A DNA stretch of 58,157 nucleotides, taken from positions 1-58,157 of IMG/VR virus record IMGVR_UViG_3300025127_000041. One strand, 5' to 3'. Positions 9,151 through 19,320 of the stretch are shown piece after piece. A program made the translations under genes and the position numbers. Source of the DNA: a virus (taxonomy: Duplodnaviria > Caudoviricetes). Every line of letters begins with the position of its first letter. The first letter of the stretch is position 1. The notes under the pieces are model-generated. The model did not search any database. It worked only from the letters and a program-made list of their open reading frames with translations, and had not been told where the DNA came from.

Positions 9151-9897
9151 ATGTCAAGCTACTACCGTTCTATATTAAACATCCTAACAGTTCCATTCAC
9201 CAATACCAAGAGTATATTACTTGATGGTGTGGATGATTTTGTTACAATGGGAGATGTGTTAGACACATCAGATACAGCTGCAGATGCGTTGAGTCTTTCC
9301 TTATGGTTTAAAACAACTGATGGTTCTACTCAAGTTTTAGTCGGAAAACAAAATCCTAATTCACCATTTGAAGGTTATAGTATAGCCATAGTGAGCAGTA
9401 ATAAGATTTATTTCAACATTGGTAATTACACAGGGAATAAATACATACAATTAAGAAGTAGTGCAATTAGCAATTTATCCAATGGAAATTGGCATCACAT
9501 AGCAGTCACTTATGATGGCAGCAGAGCAGCAAGTGGAGTAAATATATACTTTGACAATAGCCCTTTAACTCTGACTATTGGCAACAATCAGCAGCCAGTT
9601 GGCACTCAAAATAGTCAAGACTTTATGATTGGGGCAAGGGGGACAAGTTCATCTAATGCATTGGAGTTTAATGGTAATATTGACGAGGTTGCATATTTTA
9701 CATCTGAACTATCAGCAAGTGATATTAATTCAATTTATGGCACAGGCGTTCCCAATGATATCAGTAGTTTAAATCCTGTTGGTTGGTGGAGATGTGGCGA
9801 TGGAGATACTTCCCCTACACTTACGGACAATGGCTCAGGAGGCAACAATGGTACAATGACTAACTTTTCAACTTTTAGCACAGATGTGCCTACTTAA
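9151..9897 (+). CDS. LamG-like protein (paralogue 4)
   Basis: LDGVDDFV, SLSLWFK, WHHIAVTYD, GNIDEV. Confidence 0.85.
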   Translation: MSSYYRSILNILTVPFTNTKSILLDGVDDFVTMGDVLDTSDTAADALSLSLWFKTTDGSTQVLVGKQNPNSPFEGYSIAIVSSNKIYFNIGNYTGNKYIQLRSSAISNLSNGNWHHIAVTYDGSRAASGVNIYFDNSPLTLTIGNNQQPVGTQNSQDFMIGARGTSSSNALEFNGNIDEVAYFTSELSASDINSIYGTGVPNDISSLNPVGWWRCGDGDTSPTLTDNGSGGNNGTMTNFSTFSTDVPT

Positions 9898-9930
9898 AAA
9901 AAGTATTATCTTTGTTTAAAATAAAAAACT

Positions 9931-10191
9931 ATGAGCCTAAGAGTAGCAGACACATATACCACAGTATCAATAGATGACCTTCCAAAGATTGACTTTGCAC
10001 AGGTCGGAGAGACAAGCGAGAACACAATACGGAAATCACTTAATGATGCTGAGTTTGTTCTTAAGTATGATGCAGAGCCATCATTCATATCTGATGGAAC
10101 GGTAACACCTCTACAGACAATGACTCACGCACAATGCCTTACTCTCATGGATACATCTGAATGGACAGAGCCAATGCCCTTAATAGTATAA
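9931..10191 (+). CDS. Conserved hypothetical protein, possibly a fibre chaperone
   Basis: IDFAQVGETSENTIRKS...EW; promoter TATCTTTG at 9907-9914. Confidence 0.65.
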   Translation: MSLRVADTYTTVSIDDLPKIDFAQVGETSENTIRKSLNDAEFVLKYDAEPSFISDGTVTPLQTMTHAQCLTLMDTSEWTEPMPLIV

Positions 10192-10193
10192 CC

Positions 10194-10517
10194 ATGGAAA
10201 TAACTGGAATGCAAATAGGATTTGACGCTATTGTATCATTAATATCAGCACTGATCGGTGCTGTTACAGTTTGGTATAGTCTCAAAAACAAAGTTGCTAT
10301 ACAGCAAGTTGTACTTGAAAATTTAACATCAGACATGGAGGAGTTGAAATCAGATAAGAAGGAAGCTCAGAACCAGTTGCATAAAAGAATTAACGACTTA
10401 AAAAATCAGGTTGAGTTCAACAGAGAAAAGAACGACGCCTCTCTTTCCGATCTAAAGATAGAGATGAGAGAGATGGAGCTTAGGATCATACAGGCGATCC
10501 AGACATTAAAAAAATGA
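10194..10517 (+). CDS. Membrane protein with coiled coil (holin/antiholin-like)
   Basis: N-terminal TM (AIVSLISALIGAVTVW); ATG 10194 follows the previous stop. Confidence 0.6.
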   Translation: MEITGMQIGFDAIVSLISALIGAVTVWYSLKNKVAIQQVVLENLTSDMEELKSDKKEAQNQLHKRINDLKNQVEFNREKNDASLSDLKIEMREMELRIIQAIQTLKK

Positions 10518-10954
10518 ATCGATTTATATATATAGCAGTAATATCTCTGCTTATGTCCTGTACACCTCAGAGAAGGTTTACAAGACTTATAGAGAAACAT
10601 CCACACCTACTTACTACAGATACACTGTACGTTCATGACACCGTAGAGGTAATAGTGCCAGAGATTAGTGTAGATACGGTTGTAGAGATGTATGAGCTTC
10701 ATGATACTGTTTTTTTAGAGAAAGAACAGCTTAAGGTAAAGGTTTATATAGATAGAGAAAAAAAGGTATACATAGAGGGAAAGTGCGACACGGTAACTGT
10801 TAAAGAAGTTATAGAGAGAAAGATCCCTGTAAAGTACTACGAGAAGACACCTACATGGAGAAGGGTTCTTAATTGGTTTATGCTTATAATAGTAATAATT
10901 GCGATACTTTATATATCGTTTAGAATTTATAAATTTGTAAAAAAAAAGATATGA
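10514..10954 (+). CDS. Lipoprotein with C-terminal TM helix; candidate unimolecular spanin
   Basis: Lipobox LLMSC, beta-rich DT repeats, C-terminal TM; lies in the lysis cluster. Confidence 0.6.
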   Translation: MNRFIYIAVISLLMSCTPQRRFTRLIEKHPHLLTTDTLYVHDTVEVIVPEISVDTVVEMYELHDTVFLEKEQLKVKVYIDREKKVYIEGKCDTVTVKEVIERKIPVKYYEKTPTWRRVLNWFMLIIVIIAILYISFRIYKFVKKKI

Positions 10955-11136
10955 AAAATAGATTATTTTCAAACTACATAACAACAATACTAGGTGTATT
11001 GGTTTTAGTTTTTTGCGGTGTGATGATATACACTGAGAAGGCTGACGTCGAGGAAATGTCAGGATGGTTAGCTGTGGGTCTTATGTTCCTTAGATCTAAA
11101 GACAGTCTTATAGCACTTCCTGCAAAAGAAAGATAA
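10951..11136 (+). CDS. Putative holin (2 TM)
   Basis: 61 aa with two hydrophobic segments, directly before the endolysin. Confidence 0.6.
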   Translation: MKNRLFSNYITTILGVLVLVFCGVMIYTEKADVEEMSGWLAVGLMFLRSKDSLIALPAKER

Positions 11137-11137
11137 C

Positions 11138-11824
11138 ATGGAAAAGATAATCACATGTCCGCACTGCAATACGCAGTTCGACATGTCTATAAAGCCCACA
11201 AAGACAAGTTCAAAGTATCTATGGATATTTGACAATGGTCATGGTGGAGTCATAGACGGTGTCTATCAGACTATGGGTAAGAGATCTCCCGAATGGCCAG
11301 ATGGAAATGTTCTTTACGAGGGTGAGTTTAATAGAGCTATCGTAGATAGGCTGATGAAGATGTGTGACTCTAACGGTATAGATTCAGTTAATCTTGTAGA
11401 TACAAATGTAGATATAAGTCTAAGAGAGAGGGTAAACTCTGCAAACAAGATAGCAAAGTCGTCTGACAAGCCTTGTATATATGTAAGCATACATGCCAAT
11501 GGGTTTAGTGATGAGTCGGCAAATGGCTGGGAGGTGTTCACATCTCCAGGGGAGACAAAGTCAGATCGTATCGCAACTGTTTTGTATGAGAAGGCGAAGG
11601 CTGAGTTTCCAGAACGTAAGATGAGACCATCAACAGCTGATGGTGATCCTGACAAGGAAGCAAAGTTTACTGTACTAACAGACACATCTATGCCAGCTAT
11701 ACTTTCTGAAAACTTTTTCATGACCAACTACAGAGAGTGTCATGAGATACTAATGAGTGAGTCTGGAAGAGACAGGATTGCTAAAATACATTTTCAAATG
11801 ATTCAACAACTGGAAAATGGCTAA
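11138..11824 (+). CDS. Endolysin, N-acetylmuramoyl-L-alanine amidase (Amidase_3 type)
   Basis: DNGHGG, E..FN, SIHAN, PAILSENFF zinc/catalytic motifs. Confidence 0.92.
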   Translation: MEKIITCPHCNTQFDMSIKPTKTSSKYLWIFDNGHGGVIDGVYQTMGKRSPEWPDGNVLYEGEFNRAIVDRLMKMCDSNGIDSVNLVDTNVDISLRERVNSANKIAKSSDKPCIYVSIHANGFSDESANGWEVFTSPGETKSDRIATVLYEKAKAEFPERKMRPSTADGDPDKEAKFTVLTDTSMPAILSENFFMTNYRECHEILMSESGRDRIAKIHFQMIQQLENG

Positions 11825-11942
11825 CAACACGGCAACACTTCGAAAACCCAAGAAGAAACGAACAGGTATCCATAGCAAGAATAACTCAAGGTTAAAGAAA
11901 TCTGTTAATTACAAAAAGCCTTACAGAGGTCAAGGAAAATAA
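11817..11942 (+). CDS. Small basic protein, 41 aa (...YKKPYRGQGK)
   Basis: Read manually; YRGQG C-terminal motif common in phages. Confidence 0.7.
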   Translation: MANNTATLRKPKKKRTGIHSKNNSRLKKSVNYKKPYRGQGK

Positions 11943-11972
11943 AAATTACTATATTTGTACTAAATAACTGAC

Positions 11973-12224
11973 ATGGCAAAGATAGATTCATATTCAACAA
12001 CCACACCTACCGAGAACGATCTCTTGCTGGGATCTGATTCAGATGCTGCTAACGCTACAAAGAACTTTACTGTAGGATCCTTGCGTGACTACATGATAAC
12101 ATCTAGCGTACCAGCCACTGCGTCCTCAACAGGGACAGCTGGAACACTTGCCTATGATTCCAACTATCTATATGTTTGTGTAGCTACAAACACATGGAAG
12201 AGGGTTGCTATCGCCAGTTGGTAG
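11973..12224 (+). CDS. Small tail-fibre-like structural protein
   Basis: PATASSTGTAG..AYDSNYLYVCVATNTWKR motif; promoter at 11950-11957. Confidence 0.7.
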   Translation: MAKIDSYSTTTPTENDLLLGSDSDAANATKNFTVGSLRDYMITSSVPATASSTGTAGTLAYDSNYLYVCVATNTWKRVAIASW

Positions 12225-12237
12225 TAAATAAAATTAA

Positions 12238-12474
12238 ATGAAAAAAATTGAAGAGGATGAGCTTGACAAATTAGTCGAGCTTAACAAGAATTACAGGGAC
12301 AATAAAAATCAGATAGCTGATATTGTGATCACTCTGGAGAGATTAAAAAATCAAAAGATAACATCGATAGCAAACCTAGAGATAGCAACCCATGACCTGG
12401 CTACCTATCAGAAAGAGATTGCGGAAAAGTATGGTGAGATCGACATAGACTTAAGGACAGGTGAATATAATTAG
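12238..12474 (+). CDS. Coiled-coil hypothetical protein
   Basis: C-terminal KYG.IDIDLRTGEY motif. Confidence 0.7.
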   Translation: MKKIEEDELDKLVELNKNYRDNKNQIADIVITLERLKNQKITSIANLEIATHDLATYQKEIAEKYGEIDIDLRTGEYN

Positions 12475-12679
12475 AAAGATATCTGTCGGTCCAGACTATA
12501 TGAAGTGTATGCACTACGTTGTTGGTCAGGAGGTTCTAAATAGAACTTACATAATAGAATCAATAATACAGGATCATACCGCTATATCTATATATATACG
12601 AAAGGATGATGAAATAGTTAAGTGGAAAGAGTTTAGTTCTACGATGCCTGTTTCTATAGAGTTTAAAATAGACTTCTGA
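12461..12679 (+). CDS. Conserved hypothetical protein
   Basis: IRKISVGPDY..MHYVVGQ; coupled to both neighbours. Confidence 0.7.
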   Translation: MNIIRKISVGPDYMKCMHYVVGQEVLNRTYIIESIIQDHTAISIYIRKDDEIVKWKEFSSTMPVSIEFKIDF

Positions 12680-13236
12680 TGAAGTCTCCATACTGCTTCG
12701 TTATAAAACCTGTCGATGGAAGGCGTTATGATAACATACGTAGCTATGATGGAAAGGAGTTTATCATAAGTACGTCACAAGAGGATCACACCGTATCAAA
12801 TAGATTTGCAGAGGTTTTATCCATCCCTATATACTACGACGGACCTGTAAAGACAGGTGACATTGTTATAGTTCATCATAATGTGTTTAGGTATTATTAT
12901 GATATGCAAGGCAATCAAAAGAGTAGCTGGCATCACGTAATGAATGACATCTTTATAGTCGAGTCAAGTCAGTTATATCTTTATATGAGAGATGAGGTAT
13001 GGATGGCACCAGATCCTTTTTGCTTTGTTAGACCGATAGGGTCTGAGGACCATATGTTCACACAGCTAGGTAATCTTGAGCAGCTGTGGGGTGAGTTGGT
13101 ATTTAAGAATGATAAAATAGACTACGTCAATCAGGGAGATATAATATCATTCACACCAGACAGTGAGTACGAGTTCAGAATAGGTGAGGAGATACTTTAT
13201 AGAATGTACAATAGAAATATATGTCTAAAAAGGTAG
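12679..13236 (+). CDS. Protein with two putative GroES-like repeats
   Basis: Two units of FV.P...G(D)..V/I pattern (VKTGDIVIV; VNQGDIISF). Confidence 0.5.
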   Translation: MKSPYCFVIKPVDGRRYDNIRSYDGKEFIISTSQEDHTVSNRFAEVLSIPIYYDGPVKTGDIVIVHHNVFRYYYDMQGNQKSSWHHVMNDIFIVESSQLYLYMRDEVWMAPDPFCFVRPIGSEDHMFTQLGNLEQLWGELVFKNDKIDYVNQGDIISFTPDSEYEFRIGEEILYRMYNRNICLKR

Positions 13237-13490
13237 AAATACTACAGGCTGCAAAGTTAGCTATAGATGAGTTAATCAAGGTTTTAAAGGAACCAATAAT
13301 AACCCATGCAGAAGATGATATAACTGCAGACAAAATGAAGAATGCAGCATCTGCTAAAAAATTAGCATTCGATGACGCCTTAGCTATGCTTCATAAGATC
13401 GAGGAAGAGGAGAGTGATAAGGAAGAGATAAAGGTTATCGATGCAGGCAAGAATGGTTTTGCTGAAGGAAGGGCAAAGAATGGAAAATAA
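13221..13490 (+). CDS. Putative terminase small subunit
   Basis: Small helical protein directly upstream of TerL. Confidence 0.55.
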   Translation: MSKKVEILQAAKLAIDELIKVLKEPIITHAEDDITADKMKNAASAKKLAFDDALAMLHKIEEEESDKEEIKVIDAGKNGFAEGRAKNGK

Positions 13491-15699
13491 TCTGTATAAA
13501 ATATCAAATGATTATATAAGTAAGAATGCCTTGATATCAAGAAACAGGGCAAAGAAATGGTTATATGGTTACGATGATAAGTACGATTTGGTTGTTATAT
13601 CTAAAGACGGAACAATAGGTGATATATATGAAATTAATGGACTTTATATAGCCTTACCTAAAGCTCCAAAAAATATAGACGTAAAAAACGATCGGTGGGT
13701 TGCTTCAGAATACCCAAAAGATTTGTCAAGGATAAGAACAATATTCGATTGGAACAGAAAGGATAATCTATTTAAATCAAAATATGTCGATTATATAGAG
13801 AGTGAGTTTGATAGAAGAGAAGAAGGACATTGGTTTAAAAACAATGGTAAACTCACATATATAACTGGATCTCACTATATGTACCTTCAATGGACAAAGA
13901 TTGATGTCGGTCGTCCTGACTTCAGAGAGTCCAATAGAATATTCTACATATTCTGGGAGGCATGCAAGGCAGATAAAAGGTCTTTTGGAATGTGCTACCT
14001 AAAAAACAGGCGTTCAGGCTTTTCTTTCATGGGGTCTGAGGAGTGTGCTAATATAGGAACCATATCAAGAGATTCAAGGATAGGTATACTGTCAAAGACT
14101 GGTAGTGATGCTAAGAAAATGTTTACGGACAAGGTCGTGCCAATTGTTAGAAATTATCCATTCTTTTTTAAACCTATACAGGACGGTATGGATAATCCTA
14201 AGACCGAACTTGCATTTAGGGTTCCTGCAAGTAAGATTACTCGCAAGAATATGGACGAGGAGAAAGACGATGAGATAGAGGGATTAGACACAACTATTGA
14301 CTGGAAGAACACCTCGGATAATAGTTATGACGGTGAAAAGCTATTACTACTTGTTCATGATGAAAGTGGTAAGTGGGAAAAACCAGAGAACATATTAAAT
14401 AATTGGCGTGTAACAAAGACATGTCTAAGGCTTGGTAGTAAGGTTATAGGTAAGTGTATGATGGGATCTACGTCAAACGCCCTTTCAAAGGGTGGTGGTA
14501 ATTTTAAGAAGTTGTACATGGATAGTGATCCTCGTGTAAGATCTGGCAACGGTCAAACAAGAAGTGGATTATATTCATTGTTCATACCTATGGAATGGAA
14601 TTATGAGGGATACATAGATAAGTATGGATGGCCTGTATTTGATGATCCTCAAAAACCAGTCGAGGGTGTTGATGGGGAAATGATATGTGATGGTGTGATA
14701 ACGTACTGGGATAATGAGGTTGCTGCACTAAAGTCAGATCCTGATGCATTAAACGAATATTACAGACAATTTCCTAGGACAGAGTCTCATGCATTCAGGG
14801 ATGAGTCTAGACAGTCAATATTTAACCTGACAAAGATATATCAGCAGATAGATTATAATGATAACCTGATTAAAGACAGAATACTTACGAGAGGATATTT
14901 TCATTGGAAGAACGGAGAGAAGGACACTACTGTCATATGGACTCCTGATAAAAAGGGTAGGTTTGTTGTATCATGGGTTCCTAGCTTTGAGCATAGAAAT
15001 AATATTATTAATCGTGGTGGCGTAAAATACCCAGGGAATGAGCATATGGGGTCATTTGGTTGTGACCCATATGACATATCTGGAGTTGTAGGGGGTAGTG
15101 GATCAAACGGTGCACTACACGGTTTAACAAAGTTTCACATGGAGGACGCACCCTCGAATGAGTTTTTTCTGGAGTACATAGCTAGGCCTAAGACGGCAGA
15201 GATATTCTTTGAAGACGTACTAATGGCGTGTGTGTTTTATGGAATGCCTATACTTGCAGAGAACAACAAGGCCAGGCTTTTATATCATTTTAAGAACAGG
15301 GGCTACAGAGGGTTTTCTATGAATAGACCAGACAAAAACAAAAAGAGGCTGTCTAAGACCGAGTTAGAGCTCGGTGGTATACCTAACACCAGTGAGGATG
15401 TGAAACAGGCTCACGCATCAGCTATAGAGTCCTACATAGAACAGTACGTTGGTTTTGATACAGAGGCTGTGTATAGAGACTCTGGAAATATTGGAAGTAT
15501 GTATTTTAATAGAACCCTAGAAGATTGGGCTAAGTTTGAGATAAATAATAGAACAAAATATGATGCATCTATAAGTTCAGGATTGGCAATTATGGCAAAT
15601 AAAAAGTATATCTCTGAGGTAGATAAAAAAGAATCAAAAATAAGTATTAAATTTGTAAGATATGATAATCGTGGAAATAGAAGCGAAATAATAAAATAA
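13480..15699 (+). CDS. terL: Terminase large subunit
   Basis: Walker A-like LKNRRSGFS, Walker B LLVHDESGKW, GSTSN, nuclease GCDPYD; ATG 13480 preferred over 13441. Confidence 0.9.
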   Translation: MENNLYKISNDYISKNALISRNRAKKWLYGYDDKYDLVVISKDGTIGDIYEINGLYIALPKAPKNIDVKNDRWVASEYPKDLSRIRTIFDWNRKDNLFKSKYVDYIESEFDRREEGHWFKNNGKLTYITGSHYMYLQWTKIDVGRPDFRESNRIFYIFWEACKADKRSFGMCYLKNRRSGFSFMGSEECANIGTISRDSRIGILSKTGSDAKKMFTDKVVPIVRNYPFFFKPIQDGMDNPKTELAFRVPASKITRKNMDEEKDDEIEGLDTTIDWKNTSDNSYDGEKLLLLVHDESGKWEKPENILNNWRVTKTCLRLGSKVIGKCMMGSTSNALSKGGGNFKKLYMDSDPRVRSGNGQTRSGLYSLFIPMEWNYEGYIDKYGWPVFDDPQKPVEGVDGEMICDGVITYWDNEVAALKSDPDALNEYYRQFPRTESHAFRDESRQSIFNLTKIYQQIDYNDNLIKDRILTRGYFHWKNGEKDTTVIWTPDKKGRFVVSWVPSFEHRNNIINRGGVKYPGNEHMGSFGCDPYDISGVVGGSGSNGALHGLTKFHMEDAPSNEFFLEYIARPKTAEIFFEDVLMACVFYGMPILAENNKARLLYHFKNRGYRGFSMNRPDKNKKRLSKTELELGGIPNTSEDVKQAHASAIESYIEQYVGFDTEAVYRDSGNIGSMYFNRTLEDWAKFEINNRTKYDASISSGLAIMANKKYISEVDKKESKISIKFVRYDNRGNRSEIIK

Positions 15700-18128
15700 T
15701 GGAGAAACCTTCAGTAATAATTAACCAATTACCCTTCCCGAACCAGATGGCCTCTGACGAAGAAAAGTCTTCGGAGAAGTATGGACTAAGTGTAGCTAAA
15801 GCTATAGAGGGAGAGTGGTTCAAAAGAAAGGGAAGTTCCTGTAGGTTTTATGACCAGTGGGGAGAGTACCATAGACTAAGGCTTTATGCTAGAGGAGAGC
15901 AGCCTATACAGAAGTACAAGGATGAATTAGCTATCAATGGTGATATGTCTATGTTGAACCTAGACTGGAGCCCTATTCCTATAATACCCAAATTTGTAGA
16001 TATCGTTGTCAACGGTATGAATGATAGACTTTACAAAGTAAGGGCCGAAGCTCAAGACGTAATGTCTGCCGAAAAAAAGAATCAGTTTCAGGAGTCTATA
16101 GAGAAGGACATGGTAGCTAAGGATTTCTTAGATATGACAAAGAAGGAGTTCGGTATCAATGCATTTAACATGGATCCGAATGAATTACCTGCTGACGATC
16201 AGGAGCTGTCACTCTACATGCAGATAAATTACAAGCCTGGTATAGAGATAGCCGAAGAGGTAGCTATAGACACCATCTTTAAAATGAATAAGTTCGACGA
16301 GACCAAAAAGAACTTTGACTACGATGTAACAACCATAGGTGTGGGTGTGATGAAGCATGAGTTTCTTGTTAACGATGGTGTCAATGTAGAGTATGTCGAT
16401 CCAGCTAACTGGATACACAGCTATACAGAGAAGGAAGACTTCTCAGATTGCTACTACTTCGGGGAGGTTAAGCAGGTACACTATACTGAGTTATTAAAGA
16501 TAAATCCAGATCTTACAGATGAACAGCTGACTGAGATAAAAAATTACAGCTCTCAATACACCAACTACTTCCCTATAATTAGAAATTATCAAGATGATGC
16601 ATTCTTGAATGAGGTTGTTACACTTATGTACTTCAATTACAAAACTAGTAAAAGGTTTGTTTGGAAGAAAAAGATATTGGAGAATGGAGGAGAAAGAGTT
16701 ATAAGAAAGGGAGATACATTTAACCCACCAACAGGTGATGGTGTTCCTTTTGAAATAATTGAGGCACCAAAAGATGTCTGGTATGATGGAATACTTGTAT
16801 GCGGATCTAACATACTTCTTAAGTGGGAGATGGCTAGAAATATGATTAGACCTAAATCTGCATCTCAGAGTGCTATGCCAAATTATGTTGCACATGCTCC
16901 CAGATTATACAAAGGAAATGTAGAGTCTTTAGTTCGAAGGATGATCCCTTTTGCTGATCAAATTCAATTGACTCATCTAAAGTTACAGCAGGTAATGTCA
17001 AGGGTTGTTCCTGACGGTGTATTTATAGATGCTGACGGTATTAATGAGGTTGATTTAGGTACAGGTGCGGCATATAATCCTGAGGATGCATTGAAGCTAT
17101 ACTTTCAGACTGGTAGTGTTATTGGTAGAAGTTACACTCAAGAAGGTGATTTCAACAATGCACGAGTTCCAATACAGGAGTTAAACTCAAACAGTGGTCA
17201 GTCTAAAATGTCTGCACTTATTGCAAACTACAACCATTATTTGAATATGATCAGAGATGTTACAGGAATCAACTCAGCAAGAGATGGATCAAGTCCAAAT
17301 CCTGATGCATTGGTCGGTGTTCAAAAACTTGCAGCACTAAGCTCTAACACGGCAACAAGGCATATATTAAACGCAGGTCTTTATGCGACTAGAAAACTTG
17401 CTGAATGCATATCTCTTAGAGTTGCAGACATACTTGAGTATGCGGATTTTAGAGAAGAGTTTGCGATGCAGATAGGCAAGTATAATGTAGCTATACTTGA
17501 TGAGATAAAAGAGCTTTATTTATACGACTTTGGTATTTTTATAGAGGTGGCACCAGATGAAGAAGAGCAGCAGATGTTAGAGAACAACATAAATATTGCA
17601 CTTCAACAACAGACTATAGATCTTGAGGACGCTATTGATATTAGAAGCATGAACAATATAAAGTTGGCTAATGAAATGCTTAAGGTAAAGAGACGTAGAC
17701 GTATGGAGCAAAAACAAAAAGAGCTTCAAAAACAACAGCAAATGAAATTACAGTCAGATCTACAGCTACAGCAATCTGCAACTCAACAGAAGTCCCAACT
17801 GATACAGCTTGAAGCACAAGCAAAGGCTCAGGTTAAAGAGTCAGAGATGCAGTTTGAGATAGAGAAGATGAATGCAGAGGTAGAGGCGAAGAGATATCTG
17901 ATGGACCTAGAGTTCCAGTACAATATGCAGCTTAAAGGTATAGAGGCAGATTCATTGATGAATAGAGAAGATAAAAGAGAGAAGGCTAAATCAGAAAGAA
18001 TAAGTCAACAAAATACTGAGCAATCTAAATTAATAAATCAGAGAAAAAACAATCTACCGCCTCAAAATTTTGAAAGCACTGAGGATACATTAGATGGTTT
18101 TGACCTTCAGTCTTTTGGTCCTAAATAG
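15699..18128 (+). CDS. Portal protein
   Basis: Follows TerL; IIPKFVDIVVNG, RDVTGIN..RDG, Gln-rich C-terminal barrel. Confidence 0.85.
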   Translation: MEKPSVIINQLPFPNQMASDEEKSSEKYGLSVAKAIEGEWFKRKGSSCRFYDQWGEYHRLRLYARGEQPIQKYKDELAINGDMSMLNLDWSPIPIIPKFVDIVVNGMNDRLYKVRAEAQDVMSAEKKNQFQESIEKDMVAKDFLDMTKKEFGINAFNMDPNELPADDQELSLYMQINYKPGIEIAEEVAIDTIFKMNKFDETKKNFDYDVTTIGVGVMKHEFLVNDGVNVEYVDPANWIHSYTEKEDFSDCYYFGEVKQVHYTELLKINPDLTDEQLTEIKNYSSQYTNYFPIIRNYQDDAFLNEVVTLMYFNYKTSKRFVWKKKILENGGERVIRKGDTFNPPTGDGVPFEIIEAPKDVWYDGILVCGSNILLKWEMARNMIRPKSASQSAMPNYVAHAPRLYKGNVESLVRRMIPFADQIQLTHLKLQQVMSRVVPDGVFIDADGINEVDLGTGAAYNPEDALKLYFQTGSVIGRSYTQEGDFNNARVPIQELNSNSGQSKMSALIANYNHYLNMIRDVTGINSARDGSSPNPDALVGVQKLAALSSNTATRHILNAGLYATRKLAECISLRVADILEYADFREEFAMQIGKYNVAILDEIKELYLYDFGIFIEVAPDEEEQQMLENNINIALQQQTIDLEDAIDIRSMNNIKLANEMLKVKRRRRMEQKQKELQKQQQMKLQSDLQLQQSATQQKSQLIQLEAQAKAQVKESEMQFEIEKMNAEVEAKRYLMDLEFQYNMQLKGIEADSLMNREDKREKAKSERISQQNTEQSKLINQRKNNLPPQNFESTEDTLDGFDLQSFGPK

Positions 18129-18175
18129 GATATAAAAATATTAATTAACTTTGTGGATAAATAAAATTTAATAAA

Positions 18176-19315
18176 ATGGCAGAAGAATTTAAAGTAAGGG
18201 CCGTTGACTTTGAAGAAAAGTCGGCACAAGAGATCGAGAGAGATCTTTTAGCTAAGGCAGAGAATGAAAATAACCAGGCTGAAGTAGCTACTGAAAACAC
18301 TGATAGTCAAGATACTAAAGAAGTGCAACAGGATACTACAGAGGTGCAACAAGATACTGAGCCGCAGGGCGAAGTGAAAGAGTCGTCTTTAAGTGACGAT
18401 GACGTTCTTTCATATATTGGAAATAGATACGACAGGGAGATAAATTCCTTAGATGAGTTGTTTGAACAGCGTGACGCAAACGAAGAACTACCTGAGGATG
18501 TATCAGCATTCCTGAAGTATAAAAAAGAAACAGGTCGAGGTATCGCAGACTTTGTTAAGATCAATAAGGATTATGACAATGTTAACGACGACCAGCTACT
18601 ACTTGACTACTACTTAGAACAAAACAAAGGACTAGATCCTGAGGATGTAACATTTGAGATAGAGGACAAGTTTTCTTATGACGCAGATCTCGATGAAGAG
18701 AGAGAAGTAAAATCTAAGAAGGTAGCGAAGAAAAAAGAGCTTGTTAAAGCTAGAGAATATTTCAATTCTTTAAAAGAGCAGTACAAGGTTCCACTTGAGT
18801 CAAGGGAGTCCTTTGTTCCTGAGGAGGAGAGAGAGAGCTTCAATAGCTACAAGAAACAAAAAGAGCAGCGATTGCAAAACGAGAAGACGCTTGCTGAGAG
18901 GGCTAAAAAATTTACAAGTAAGACGAGTGAATTATTCTCTGAGAACTTCGAAGGTTTCGGGTTCAACGTATCAGAAGATAACAAGGTTGTCTACAAGCCA
19001 GCTGATAGCAAGACCTTACTCAACGAACAGTCTGACCTTAATAACTTTGTTAATAAGTTTACAGGTGAGGATGGATCGATTGAGGACTATGAGGGATTTC
19101 ATCGTTCTATAGCAGTGGCCTCAAACCCTGAAAAGTTTGCCAAGTACTTCTATGAGAAAGGAATGGCAGATGCGGTAGACGGAGTGGCTAAGGAGTCTAA
19201 AAATATTGACATGACTCGTCAGTCCACAAAGGTTACTCCTAAGGAGGGTGTACAGGTCAGATCTATAGATGCAAGTCGAGGCAATAGATTAATTATTAAA
19301 AAACGTAAAAATTAG
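18176..19315 (+). CDS. Putative capsid scaffolding protein
   Basis: Acidic and helical; between portal and MCP; promoter TAACTTTG at 18146-18153. Confidence 0.65.
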   Translation: MAEEFKVRAVDFEEKSAQEIERDLLAKAENENNQAEVATENTDSQDTKEVQQDTTEVQQDTEPQGEVKESSLSDDDVLSYIGNRYDREINSLDELFEQRDANEELPEDVSAFLKYKKETGRGIADFVKINKDYDNVNDDQLLLDYYLEQNKGLDPEDVTFEIEDKFSYDADLDEEREVKSKKVAKKKELVKAREYFNSLKEQYKVPLESRESFVPEEERESFNSYKKQKEQRLQNEKTLAERAKKFTSKTSELFSENFEGFGFNVSEDNKVVYKPADSKTLLNEQSDLNNFVNKFTGEDGSIEDYEGFHRSIAVASNPEKFAKYFYEKGMADAVDGVAKESKNIDMTRQSTKVTPKEGVQVRSIDASRGNRLIIKKRKN

Positions 19316-19320
19316 AAAAA

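Noticed and set aside
6487-9897. DGR or invertase shufflon behind the LamG repeats
   Set aside because: No reverse transcriptase or site-specific recombinase recognised; differences are not adenine-specific; all copies share orientation and have their own starts
18316-18360. Short 21-bp tandem repeat (QDT.EVQ) in the scaffold gene
   Set aside because: Ordinary low-complexity linker duplication
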